DNA of 64,000 nt from an uncultured Planctomycetales bacterium (GTDB lineage Bacteria; Omnitrophota; Gorgyraeia; Gygaellales; Profunditerraquicolaceae). The stretch covers positions 6,283 to 70,282 of the forward strand of contig CAYHAI010000052.1 of NCBI GenBank assembly GCA_964354585.1, given 5' to 3'. Below the pieces are notes generated by a model. That model saw only the letters and a program-made list of their open reading frames with translations, made no database searches and had not been told where the DNA came from. A program made the translations under genes and the position numbers. This document shows, in pieces, positions 44,765 through 53,069 of this stretch; the stretch's first letter is position 1, and each line of letters opens with the position of its first letter.

Positions 44765-44824
44765 TTTCTCTTACCTATATAAAAAGGGAAAAGCAAAGTT
44801 TCCCCCTTACCCCCACCACTGATT

Positions 44825-44849
44825 TCACGGATTTTTTAATCACGGATTT
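44825..44849. promoter_or_regulatory. Two direct copies of TCACGGATTT (15 bp start-to-start) within the near-palindrome TGATTTCACGGATTT...TCACGGATTTCACTG, about 60-85 bp upstream of the giant-gene ATG
   Basis: Seen directly on the plus strand at 44825-44834 and 44840-44849. Spacing and symmetry suggest a transcription-factor operator. Confidence 0.3.
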
Positions 44850-44902
44850 CACTGTGTTAGTTCCTTTTATAAACTCTTTGTAAAACTTCTTAATAAGACC
44901 TT

Positions 44903-44956
44903 AAATAAAAACCGGATTGTCAAATACTGACTTTCCCGTCGGTATTCGGCAACCCG
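44903..44956 (-). terminator. Intrinsic-terminator-like hairpin + U-tract in the leader of the giant gene (possible riboswitch expression platform)
   Basis: On the minus strand CCGGGUUGCC...26-nt loop...GACAAUCCGG (10-bp stem with one mismatch and one G-U) is followed by UUUUUAUUU (plus 44903-44911). Confidence 0.4.
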
Positions 44957-44959
44957 GCT

Positions 44960-45075
44960 GTCTCTTGCTGTTCGACTCTTCGCTTGCGCTCAGAGTCAAT
45001 TGCTCACTTCGTTCGCAATTGAGATCCGTGGCTTTGTGCCCCCCGATCACTCGGGGTTTACCCTTTCGTTCCGTG
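44960..45075 (-). ncRNA. Structured 5' leader element, candidate riboswitch (GEMM / c-di-GMP-I-like motifs)
   Basis: Minus-strand RNA GGGUAAACC-[CCCCGA GUGA UCGGGG hairpin with GNRA loop]-GGCACAAAGCCACGG-[UCAAUUGC...GCAAUUGA hairpin]. This resembles the GEMM-I consensus GGGCAAACC-GNRA hairpin-GGACGCAAAGCC-hairpin as I remember it. It lies about 15 nt after the predicted TSS. Confidence 0.3.
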
Positions 45076-45099
45076 GCTTTCTATCTTATTTACGTTCAA

Positions 45100-45129
45100 A
45101 GTATAACATATAAAAAATATCTCTGTCAA
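45100..45129 (-). promoter_or_regulatory. Sigma70-type promoter for the giant gene: TTGACA-18 nt-TATACT
   Basis: Minus-strand -35 TTGACA (plus 45124-45129) and -10 TATACT (plus 45100-45105). The TSS is predicted near 45092. The promoter sits between the tad-operon terminator hairpin and the structured leader. Confidence 0.5.
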
Positions 45130-45246
45130 GTAAAATTTTACCCTAAAAGAGAGCGCTTCCTTTACGCTTACCTATTGAATTTTATAAAGTTCTAACTCTG
45201 ATATGGAACCGATAATTTGACTTAAATTATGCTTATTTTAAGAGTA

Positions 45247-45272
45247 GGTCGGGTTTAAACCCGACCTACTAC
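45247..45272 (-). terminator. Perfect 10-bp GC-rich hairpin (GTAGGTCGGG-TTTAAA-CCCGACCTAC) downstream of tadC. Likely a tad-operon terminator and insulator from the giant-gene promoter.
   Basis: A perfect inverted repeat seen directly, with flanking A/T-rich runs on both sides. Confidence 0.45.
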
Positions 45273-45462
45273 TTTTCCGATTGGGTTTAGAAGCATTCTT
45301 CTCAGGCAAAGAAGGGGGCATATTGGAAAAGGCGGCTTTATAGCCTTGGGATTTACTTTATTAGCCCCCCTCTAATTTCTTAATTAAACTTAAAAAATAA
45401 TTGCCAATAATGCAGATTGGACATTTCTTTGTTGGTCAGTTTGGACATTTCTATCTTGATTC

Positions 45463-46338
45463 TTATTGTCCTAAACCATTGAGCAAGCCGCCTTGCATAA
45501 AATTCAGTAAAATTGGCCCACCCACAATAATGGCAATTACTGGCAATATACAAAAAATTAACGGGATGAGTATCTTTATCGGCGCCTGCAGGGCAATCCG
45601 TTCTCCGCGGTGATAACGCTGTAAGCGCGAATCCTCGGAAAGAATGGCAAAGGCATCTGCCACTGGCGTGCCCATCCTCTCTGCCTGGGCAAGCGTATGC
45701 ACAAAAGAGCTTATCTCCAGTATATTTAATCTTTTAGACATATCTTTGAGGGCTTGGCTGCGGGGCTTGCCCCATTTTATCTCTTCCAGCACAAAGGAAA
45801 ATTCTTCAATGATCGGGCTAGGAGGTAACTTCTCAATAATCCACTTTAAAGCGCTATTAAAATCTAGGCCTGCTTCCACGCACAGGCCGATTAAATCTAC
45901 GGTCTCCGGCAGGTAGCGCACAATTATAAATCTGCGCTTGGCAATCTTGCGGTTGAGGATAATCTCCGGGATAAAATAACCCAAGAGCAGGCACAAAACC
46001 AAAACCCAAGCCTCTAATCTTCCCAAGGCAAAATAGGCGGCAATGGGCAGCAAAATCATCAATAATACTTTCAAATTGAAAAATCCAGCGGCAGTCATTT
46101 TCACATGGGCGGCATCCAGCCTGCGCTTTATGCGCACATCCAGCCCTAATTTCTCTAAGAAAGCGCGGCTAAAAGGAATGAGGTAAGAAAAATAAGAGGG
46201 CGCCTTGGGTTTCTTTAATTGCTCCGCTTGTGGCTCATTCTCCTGAATTTTAATGCTCAGCGGCGAACCATAGCCGGCAAGCCCCAGAGAAATTAAAGCC
46301 CCGGCAGCAATCACTAAAAGAAAAATTAATAAAGCCAT
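45463..46338 (-). CDS. tadC: Tad pilus inner-membrane platform protein TadC (T2SS-F domain)
   Basis: 291-aa ORF with a GspF/T2SSF-like repeat and TM segments. Its position is last in the tad cluster. Confidence 0.8.
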   Translation of the reverse strand: MALLIFLLVIAAGALISLGLAGYGSPLSIKIQENEPQAEQLKKPKAPSYFSYLIPFSRAFLEKLGLDVRIKRRLDAAHVKMTAAGFFNLKVLLMILLPIAAYFALGRLEAWVLVLCLLLGYFIPEIILNRKIAKRRFIIVRYLPETVDLIGLCVEAGLDFNSALKWIIEKLPPSPIIEEFSFVLEEIKWGKPRSQALKDMSKRLNILEISSFVHTLAQAERMGTPVADAFAILSEDSRLQRYHRGERIALQAPIKILIPLIFCILPVIAIIVGGPILLNFMQGGLLNGLGQ

Positions 46339-46350
46339 CTACTTCTCCTT

Positions 46351-47235
46351 TTACACATTTATCGTGCTGAATTTACGGATTAAAATCATCCCCACTGCCT
46401 GTAAGACCACGGCGATAATCAGAAGCATCCTTCCCTGTTCGCTATTCAAAAGAATATCAAAGTGATTACGGTTCATCCCCAGCACGCCGACAATGAAAAC
46501 AAAGGGCAGCACGGACATAATCGCGCCTTGCATCCGGCCTTGCATAGTCAAGGTCTTGATATTTTCTTTTAATTTGCGGTTATCGCGGATAGTCGTGGAA
46601 AGCCGGCTAAAGACCTTGGTTAAATCTCCGCCGGTCTCTTTAGCCACTAAAATGGAATTAACCAATAATCCTAATTCCTCTATGCGCATCCTTTCATTCA
46701 GCCGCTTCAAACTCTCATCTAAGGTTATCCCCATCTTATTCTCTCTTAATACCAGGCCAAACTCCTGCGAGATGGGCGGGGGCAGTTCTTCCACTAAAAC
46801 CTCAATGGCCTGGATAAGCGATAAACCTGCTTTTAAAGACGAGGAGAGCAGCTGCACGCCGTCAATGAGTTGCGCCTGAAACCATATTTTGCGCTGGGCC
46901 TGTAATCTTTTGATGATAAGGGTGGGTAAGGCAAAACCGATTCCTATGCCGATAAAGAGAAAAATTAAGCTCTGGAAGAAAATCAGGCCGAATGCCCCTA
47001 AGAGCAACGGCGGCAGGATATGCATCAAGAGCAGTTTATTTTTCTCTATATGGACGAACATCGTATCTAATTGTTTCTCTGATTCTCCTACTTTTTTTTC
47101 TAAAGGGCGCTGGAATTTCTCTAAAAACAAAGGGATTAACTGGGTGGAGAGCAGCCCGATGGAACTAAACGCCAAAATAAGAATACTCAGTTTTAAAACC
47201 ATTTTACTTCTCCTGATACTGACGGCCAAAGCCAA
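46351..47235 (-). CDS. tadB: Tad pilus inner-membrane platform protein TadB (T2SS-F domain)
   Basis: 294-aa ORF with a T2SSF domain and three TM segments. It is adjacent to tadC. Confidence 0.8.
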   Translation of the reverse strand: MALAVSIRRSKMVLKLSILILAFSSIGLLSTQLIPLFLEKFQRPLEKKVGESEKQLDTMFVHIEKNKLLLMHILPPLLLGAFGLIFFQSLIFLFIGIGIGFALPTLIIKRLQAQRKIWFQAQLIDGVQLLSSSLKAGLSLIQAIEVLVEELPPPISQEFGLVLRENKMGITLDESLKRLNERMRIEELGLLVNSILVAKETGGDLTKVFSRLSTTIRDNRKLKENIKTLTMQGRMQGAIMSVLPFVFIVGVLGMNRNHFDILLNSEQGRMLLIIAVVLQAVGMILIRKFSTINV

Positions 47236-47367
47236 AACTATCTGCTGCCTGGCGCCATTTGCCGCAAAGCGAGCGCTTTAAATATACGGACATCCCAATT
47301 AACGCCGCCGCAATGATGGCTATTAAGACCGCGAACTCTAATGCCGAAAAACCGCGTTTAAGACTTC

Positions 47368-47838
47368 TCATTCAGCGCCCTTCCATTGCAGGGAAACCAA
47401 TTTCTTCTTCCCCAATTTAGAAACCGTAAATAATAATGTTTTATTATAACCCGAATAATCGCAAGCCACAACTACTTCTGCGCCCTGTTGAGCATAAAGC
47501 CGCCAATGAGTGAATGATTTTAATTCTGCCTTGACGCGGCTAAAACCCACAGAAAAACTCTTGATAAATGCCTGGCGATAAGCGGATTTTTCTTTTTCAT
47601 TAGGCAGGCCATTATAAGTTGCGCCTACGTCCATTCCCACGGCTTTAAAATTCTCCCAATCAATAAATTTTTCTGCAGGGGCTGAGCCCTTAACCAAATG
47701 CGTAAATACAGCGCGGCAAAAATTAATCTCTTGATTTTTGACCTGTAAGAAAAAGGCAAGGGCAACCATTATTACTACCAGCAAAATTATGTATTCTAAA
47801 ATTGGTTGATTATTTCTCATTCTGTCTTGTCTAAGCAC
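47368..47838 (-). CDS. TadE-like pseudopilin (class III signal, QPILEY)
   Basis: N-terminus MLRQDRMRNNQPILEYIILLVVIMVALAFF fits the TadE/Flp prepilin-like pattern. Confidence 0.5.
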   Translation of the reverse strand: MLRQDRMRNNQPILEYIILLVVIMVALAFFLQVKNQEINFCRAVFTHLVKGSAPAEKFIDWENFKAVGMDVGATYNGLPNEKEKSAYRQAFIKSFSVGFSRVKAELKSFTHWRLYAQQGAEVVVACDYSGYNKTLLFTVSKLGKKKLVSLQWKGAE

Positions 47839-49871
47839 ACGTTATCATAACGATAATGAGCTACGCTCTTCCTGACCACCTGGCCATTAAACAAGGGGTT
47901 CCACTTGCCTAAAATTCCCATATTTTTATCGGCCGGGTCAGTGCGGGTTATTTGGACCCAAGGACGGCCTGTAGCATTCTCAAGCACCATACAAACCTCA
48001 TCGCTATGGTGTTTCGTCTTGAGCCGAGGCACCTTAAATCTGTTGGTTTCTATCTTTACAATGTGATAACTGGTATATTTTCCGTTAGCATCTTTGGGAC
48101 AACGGGTATCTGCCCAAGCGTACTCTATAGGATTCTTTCCGCCAAAGGCGTCATATGTCCCTTTGTCATCAATTGCGTTTTGAATTTTATTGTATAAATG
48201 TTTAACTGCTTTACGGAAATCTTCAATCTCCTTCATCATCTGCTCTATATCCTTAATTGCCGGCTTAAACTCATCATCCGCTACATTATCTATAGTCCCT
48301 TCATTGTGTGTTAGCCGACAAGGCGGATTACAAACTTCCTCTGCAGAACCTGTGCCATCAGCGCCACAAGGACCATACACGCACTTAGGTAAATTGCCCC
48401 GTTTCTTTTTAAACTCCTTTTTCCAATCATCTAGTCCCGCAAACTCCTTCGTGCCTTCCGCTAAGTCTTTTAGGCTGTCACGATAGTCTTGCCCTTCACC
48501 ATCTTCATCGCTTTCTTTATCCGGGTCATAAAGAAATCCCATCCAGTCCTCCCATTGGTCCACCAATTGATTTAAACTCTCTGCTCCCCAAGTGTCTATT
48601 GCCTCAATTATTTCTTTAAACTCTGTCACTACTCTATCTACGCTATCATAATATTTATCCTCTTCCTGCTCCGGGCAATCCTCGCCTGTACAAACAGTCG
48701 TCTTAGTATGTTCTGGCGGAGTTCCTGACTTATAGAAAGAAAGGTCATAACCAGCATCTTCTAAACCGCGGGCTAATAAAATAATACTGCCGTCAACACC
48801 ATCTAATTCCTGACGAGACAGGGCGCCGCCTGGCGCATATTGCTCGGCAATAAAATCCCGGAAGACCTTGGCTGGCCCGGCCTGAAATTCTCCGTGAACC
48901 ATTTTACCATTAAAGAATTCATCAATCAATGTCTTTAGCTGGGCAAGGTTAGTTTTAGCATTAGCTATGCGGCGCTCCCACCAATACTGAAAATAAGGGA
49001 CTTTTTCCTCAATATCGCCGTCTTCATCCGAATCAAATTCATCAATGTGCATATTCGGGTCATCTACGGTCTGGCTTAAGGCCTGCAAAAATACGCCTTC
49101 GCGGAAGCGGTCTGCCGCCTGTGGTAAGCCATTTAAAGCCTTGGCAGCGGCGGAAAAAGCTGCTTGGGTTATCTTGTCCGCGATATAGGCATTGTAGATA
49201 CTTGCGCCGGCAGCTAAGGTGGTACCCACAATTCCCCCTGTGCTTGTTAAGAGCGCCAAAGGAGTGTTTGCCACCATTAGGGTGCTACCTTGTGTCATTA
49301 CTCCTGCCAACTCCGTAGACCCAACAGTCGCAGGAGTAACCTGATACATAGCTGGGCCTCCTAAGCTAGTTACTGCTCCGCCAATGGCTAAGCCTACACT
49401 AAACCCTTGGATTGCCCCTTGCAACGCCCCAGGCCCGGCAATCGCGCCACCAATTGCCCCTCCTATTGTACCGCCTATAACTGCATTTCCGATTGTAGTC
49501 AAAGCTAAACTCGCTCCAAAAGTAAACGGTGCCAAAAGTATACCCAGTCCTGCGCCAAAAATCCCGCCAATAATGCCGCCCCAGCCGGTTTTTGTACAAC
49601 ATTTAGTAGGCTTACCACAGGCCTTACGCAACGCATCAGATAACATCCGTGACTTGGTGCCTAATTGCGAGGCAAGGTATAAACTGGCAGCATCTGCAGC
49701 ATTGGATAAGTTAGTGGTAGTTACAGAAATCTGGCCGATATTTACCGTCACTAAAACAAAAATTAAAACCGCCACCATTATCAACATCAATAAGGTGGCA
49801 ATCTGGCCGCTGGGCTTTGTGCTACGCAGGCTATTTAAAGACATTGTCTTATAAAGATAACTAATCATCAT
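47817..49871 (-). CDS. TadG-like large pseudopilin / putative pilus-associated adhesin. Gly-rich and acidic, with Cys-rich modules.
   Basis: 684 aa. The N-terminal anchor ...KPSGQIATLLMLIMVAVLIFVLV is TadE/G-like. It is followed by GGxIGG-rich repeats, an acidic DEDGD stretch and CxxC-rich segments. The gene is embedded in the pseudopilin block. Confidence 0.5.
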   Translation of the reverse strand: MMISYLYKTMSLNSLRSTKPSGQIATLLMLIMVAVLIFVLVTVNIGQISVTTTNLSNAADAASLYLASQLGTKSRMLSDALRKACGKPTKCCTKTGWGGIIGGIFGAGLGILLAPFTFGASLALTTIGNAVIGGTIGGAIGGAIAGPGALQGAIQGFSVGLAIGGAVTSLGGPAMYQVTPATVGSTELAGVMTQGSTLMVANTPLALLTSTGGIVGTTLAAGASIYNAYIADKITQAAFSAAAKALNGLPQAADRFREGVFLQALSQTVDDPNMHIDEFDSDEDGDIEEKVPYFQYWWERRIANAKTNLAQLKTLIDEFFNGKMVHGEFQAGPAKVFRDFIAEQYAPGGALSRQELDGVDGSIILLARGLEDAGYDLSFYKSGTPPEHTKTTVCTGEDCPEQEEDKYYDSVDRVVTEFKEIIEAIDTWGAESLNQLVDQWEDWMGFLYDPDKESDEDGEGQDYRDSLKDLAEGTKEFAGLDDWKKEFKKKRGNLPKCVYGPCGADGTGSAEEVCNPPCRLTHNEGTIDNVADDEFKPAIKDIEQMMKEIEDFRKAVKHLYNKIQNAIDDKGTYDAFGGKNPIEYAWADTRCPKDANGKYTSYHIVKIETNRFKVPRLKTKHHSDEVCMVLENATGRPWVQITRTDPADKNMGILGKWNPLFNGQVVRKSVAHYRYDNVCLDKTE

Positions 49872-50128
49872 TTCTCCCCTAAAATATTTAAACGCAAGTA
49901 TCCGGTTTCATTTACCTGTATCTCAGCAGCATTGGTGGTGTTGCCTGCAGCAACGCGGCCTCTCTCAGGATTATACTCATAATCCCGCTGCCTAAGAATA
50001 AAACGTTTATTTAACCAGATAAATAAATTCAGTGTGCCTAATAAAAGAATAAAGACGCTGATAAGCGCCACAGCCATTTCTAAGGAAACTTGCCCCTTTC
50101 TAAACCTACCTACCAATCTGTTTGCCAT
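49868..50128 (-). CDS. tadE: TadE-like pseudopilin
   Basis: 86 aa. N-terminus RKGQVSLEMAVALISVFILLLG matches the TadE N-terminal motif. Confidence 0.65.
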   Translation of the reverse strand: MANRLVGRFRKGQVSLEMAVALISVFILLLGTLNLFIWLNKRFILRQRDYEYNPERGRVAAGNTTNAAEIQVNETGYLRLNILGEK

Positions 50129-51237
50129 TCTTGAGTCCTACTTTTAGGTTCTACCGTGCCGACGACATTTGTTTCATTTGTCTGCGCGTTCTCATTACGC
50201 ATATCCCGAGAAATGATTTTTCTTTCAGTCTCCACCTTCCAATCAAAGGTATCCCGGGAAGCAATGCCAGCAGCACTCTCGCGTTTCTCTAATTTATTAT
50301 TAGTAGTGGCTACCTGGGTATAGCCATCTTGCAAGCCCATACCTTTTGATTTATCCGGGGTAAAGGCAAAAATTTGGTTTAAAACTTTGAAATTATATTG
50401 ATGTGTTTTGTCATTAATCTCTTCGTAATCAGTGGCGGGATTAATGCCGGGCCTAGTCCCGCAATACCAAGGCGCATTCATCGGCTTGCTGCAGGTATCC
50501 GCGCATTTCTTTCCCCCGCCTTCCTCGCAGGTCTCGGTGCAGACTTCTTCATCCACAATCAAGCGGCACTGCCTGACTGCCGCATCATAATTCATAATCT
50601 GACCGGCGCAGCTGTCAATAAATCTTATTTTATTGATGGAGTATTCTTTGCACTTATCCGCGTTCTTAGCATCGTACTTTATACAAGCCTTGTCGTCTTT
50701 GGTCAATTTCTTCAATTTTACCCAGCCTTCTTTGGTTGACCCCTGATTGGTTAACCCCTGAATACTATTACCATATATCTCCACATATTTATCTATGCTT
50801 TCCTCGCTGACATTAAACGAGTAGCTAAATCCAGCGGTCTTGTAGGGAATTTTCTCTCCCTGAACATCAATGATTACCTGCGGCAATTCATCTTCGTAAT
50901 CCGGCGTCTCATCTAATTTATAGGAACGCACAATGCTTGCGCCCGAGGAAAAAGGCATTACCGAGCCCACAGCAAACGTATCCGCAGGATTGGGGATATG
51001 TTTATCTCTGACTACAATGTGTGAAGTAGATACAGGCGTATGCGGATCCATTGACACTGCTGCCGTGGCCAAGGCCTGTCTGAAGGCCTGCTGCATCACC
51101 TGCTGCTGAAAGCCATAGCGCAAGCCATAATTGATTAAGATGCCTAAAAGCATAATTAAAATTGAGCCAAAGATGGCTAATTCTAATATGGCCTGCCCTT
51201 TAATATAAAGATGATTCCATTGTTCCAACTGTCTCAT
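50110..51237 (-). CDS. TadE/TadF-like pseudopilin with a large Cys-rich C-terminal domain
   Basis: 375 aa. N-terminus IKGQAILELAIFGSILIMLLG is TadE-like. The C-terminal part has many Cys (CxxC pairs). Confidence 0.6.
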   Translation of the reverse strand: MRQLEQWNHLYIKGQAILELAIFGSILIMLLGILINYGLRYGFQQQVMQQAFRQALATAAVSMDPHTPVSTSHIVVRDKHIPNPADTFAVGSVMPFSSGASIVRSYKLDETPDYEDELPQVIIDVQGEKIPYKTAGFSYSFNVSEESIDKYVEIYGNSIQGLTNQGSTKEGWVKLKKLTKDDKACIKYDAKNADKCKEYSINKIRFIDSCAGQIMNYDAAVRQCRLIVDEEVCTETCEEGGGKKCADTCSKPMNAPWYCGTRPGINPATDYEEINDKTHQYNFKVLNQIFAFTPDKSKGMGLQDGYTQVATTNNKLEKRESAAGIASRDTFDWKVETERKIISRDMRNENAQTNETNVVGTVEPKSRTQEWQTDW

Positions 51238-51646
51238 CCCCTTTTTGTTTCGTAGTTGAATTATCTAGCACCGATAATGTCTCGGTAGCAAACACATCCT
51301 CATCATCATAATCACCGTCTCCGTTTAGGTCAATATTCGCCCCGGGATGCTCTAAATTAAGCTGGTGCTCACTTAAAGTCCTCGCTGTAGTATTAGAAGT
51401 GCTATTATAACTTACCGTGGAAATTCCGCTGGTATTGCGCGGGGCATACTGCTGGCCTAATTCATCTCCTAATTGGCGTAACCTTCCTTGCATACCGCGC
51501 TTAAGATAAACCTGCATCGCCAATAATGCCGCTACCAGACAAATAACTAACGCGGCGTATTCCAAGGTGGATTGGGCTTTATTTTTTTTCCTGCGATATC
51601 CCCCAAGAAAGAACGCCCTTTTGCGTGGTCGTATCATCCTTTTCAT
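51200..51646 (-). CDS. Flp/TadE-family pilin paralog 1 (start uncertain, probably an internal Met)
   Basis: ...KKNKAQSTLEYAALVICLVAALLAMQVYLKRGMQG: class III prepilin-like N-terminus plus a variable Ser/Thr/Asp-rich tail. Confidence 0.6.
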   Translation of the reverse strand: MKRMIRPRKRAFFLGGYRRKKNKAQSTLEYAALVICLVAALLAMQVYLKRGMQGRLRQLGDELGQQYAPRNTSGISTVSYNSTSNTTARTLSEHQLNLEHPGANIDLNGDGDYDDEDVFATETLSVLDNSTTKQKGDETVGTMESSLY

Positions 51647-51935
51647 AACTTACTGCCCCTCCTGCGCTTTGGGTGGTGGTGGCCTTTGTCACCGCAGAAC
51701 TACTCGTTTCCGAATCGCCCTTTTTTTTCCATTCATATCTGTAGTCATAGTCAGCTGCGCCTTTTTTCTGGTCTCCGATTTTATCTGCTATGACTTTTAT
51801 GTTCGCCTGGATGCCCCTTTTCATATAGACCTGCAGGCCCAAGAGGGCTGCGGAAATAATTCCCACCAGCAGCACATAATCCGTAATACTCTGAGCCTTT
51901 CTCTGAAAAATTATTTTCATTTTTTCTCTACCCAC
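51579..51935 (-). CDS. Flp-family pilin paralog 2
   Basis: ...QRKAQSITDYVLLVGIISAALLGLQVYMKRGIQ plus a variable tail. Confidence 0.6.
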   Translation of the reverse strand: MGREKMKIIFQRKAQSITDYVLLVGIISAALLGLQVYMKRGIQANIKVIADKIGDQKKGAADYDYRYEWKKKGDSETSSSAVTKATTTQSAGGAVSYEKDDTTTQKGVLSWGISQEKK

Positions 51936-52243
51936 GTCTCTACGGTTTCTGTTCCTGTTTCTTTATAAATATCTGCTTGGCCTTTTCCCCCTTGGCCGGA
52001 ATAACTGGTCGTAACCCCCCCGCTTAATTCCTGCACCATTTCTCCTTTATGTCTGGTTTCTGAGTGAACCGCGGTTTTCCCGAGGTCAAATTGCGCGCCG
52101 ATATCATCCGTAGAGGTGCGTAATTTCCCTTGCACCCCGCGCTTAAGATAGGTCTGCAGAAGTAAAAGTGCGGCGATAATCACGCAAACCAGCACTACGT
52201 ATTCCAGGGTAGACTGGGCTTTGGCTAATTTTCGCTTAAACAT
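51917..52243 (-). CDS. Flp-family pilin paralog 3
   Basis: MFKRKLAKAQSTLEYVVLVCVIIAALLLLQTYLKRGVQG. A strong SD (CCTCC on the plus strand) lies upstream. Confidence 0.65.
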   Translation of the reverse strand: MFKRKLAKAQSTLEYVVLVCVIIAALLLLQTYLKRGVQGKLRTSTDDIGAQFDLGKTAVHSETRHKGEMVQELSGGVTTSYSGQGGKGQADIYKETGTETVETWVEKK

Positions 52244-52282
52244 TTGGCTTCACCTCCTAAATTTACTTTGCTCTGTTTACTT

Positions 52283-52639
52283 CTAGTCTGCGTCATCCAC
52301 AGATTTTATCTTCTGATAACCGCTGCGCTCGGTTTCTTTCCCGCCACCTGCTCCGACTACGCGAGTAACTTTACCACTGGCCTCGGTCTTCTCAGTATCC
52401 TTATAAGCCTTGGCCTTGGTTTCATAAGCAGACTCCAGATAATAAGGCTCATACTGGTCTGTCCCAGCGCTTTTAGCGGCCTTATCCACGGTAAATTTCA
52501 CGCCTGCTTGCAGATTTCTCTTGATATAGGTCTGCATCGCGATTGCCGCGGCCACAATTATACCAATAAGGATAGCGTATTCCGCGGTATTCTGGCCCTT
52601 TTTATTTCTCAGCAATGATAGTAACATTTTCTTATTCAC
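52283..52639 (-). CDS. Flp-family pilin paralog 4
   Basis: ...RNKKGQNTAEYAILIGIIVAAAIAMQTYIKR: G/XXXXEY prepilin motif. Confidence 0.65.
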   Translation of the reverse strand: MNKKMLLSLLRNKKGQNTAEYAILIGIIVAAAIAMQTYIKRNLQAGVKFTVDKAAKSAGTDQYEPYYLESAYETKAKAYKDTEKTEASGKVTRVVGAGGGKETERSGYQKIKSVDDAD

Positions 52640-52654
52640 CTCCTATCCCTTGTT

Positions 52655-53020
52655 TTATTTATCAAATAAGGGTTCGTTCACTAATGGCTCCACTGTTTCT
52701 TTGTCTGCGCCCTGGGCGCTATGTTTTATTTCTGCTGGCGTGACCACTTTATAATGAGATACTCCTTGATCTCGAGTAGTCTCGTCATCCGCCAACCCAA
52801 AGGTCTCTTTGGTGGTAGACTCCCCAGCTTGCTCAGTGGTATAGAGAGAAGTTGTCCTACCCGCAGAATACTGCTCGCCAATTTTGTCTGCGGATTCGCG
52901 TAATTTCCCCTGCATACCCCGTTTCATATAGACATTCATCGCCACTAAAGCCGCGGCAATAACCGCAATAATTACTGCGTATTCCAGGGTAGATTGTGCT
53001 TTTTTGTGAGAAAATTTCAT
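52655..53020 (-). CDS. Flp-family pilin paralog 5
   Basis: MKFSHKKAQSTLEYAVIIAVIAAALVAMNVYMKRGMQG. AGGAGG lies 10 nt upstream. Confidence 0.65.
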   Translation of the reverse strand: MKFSHKKAQSTLEYAVIIAVIAAALVAMNVYMKRGMQGKLRESADKIGEQYSAGRTTSLYTTEQAGESTTKETFGLADDETTRDQGVSHYKVVTPAEIKHSAQGADKETVEPLVNEPLFDK

Positions 53021-53069
53021 TTTTCTTTCACCTCCTCAACCGCTCTTGCTTAAGAGTTCCCTTATTCTT

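Noticed and set aside
711-44613. About 60 plus-strand ORFs of 60-230 aa scattered over 1-44764 (for example 18219-18917, 34383-34910, 27909-28406)
   Set aside because: All are antisense to the continuous giant minus-strand coding frame. They have low-complexity or odd composition and no start-site signals. They are typical shadow ORFs of a long gene.
44917-45195. 92-aa plus-strand ORF in the region between tadC and the giant gene
   Set aside because: The region carries a minus-strand promoter, a structured leader and a terminator. The ORF has no RBS and its sequence is low complexity.
45401-45916. Plus-strand ORFs 45401-45613 and 45644-45916
   Set aside because: They are antisense to tadC, which has clear T2SS-F homology on the minus strand.
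50398-51968. Plus-strand ORFs overlapping the pseudopilin and pilin genes (50398-50739, 51567-51968, 51572-51793)
   Set aside because: They are antisense to well-supported minus-strand TadE-like and Flp-like genes.
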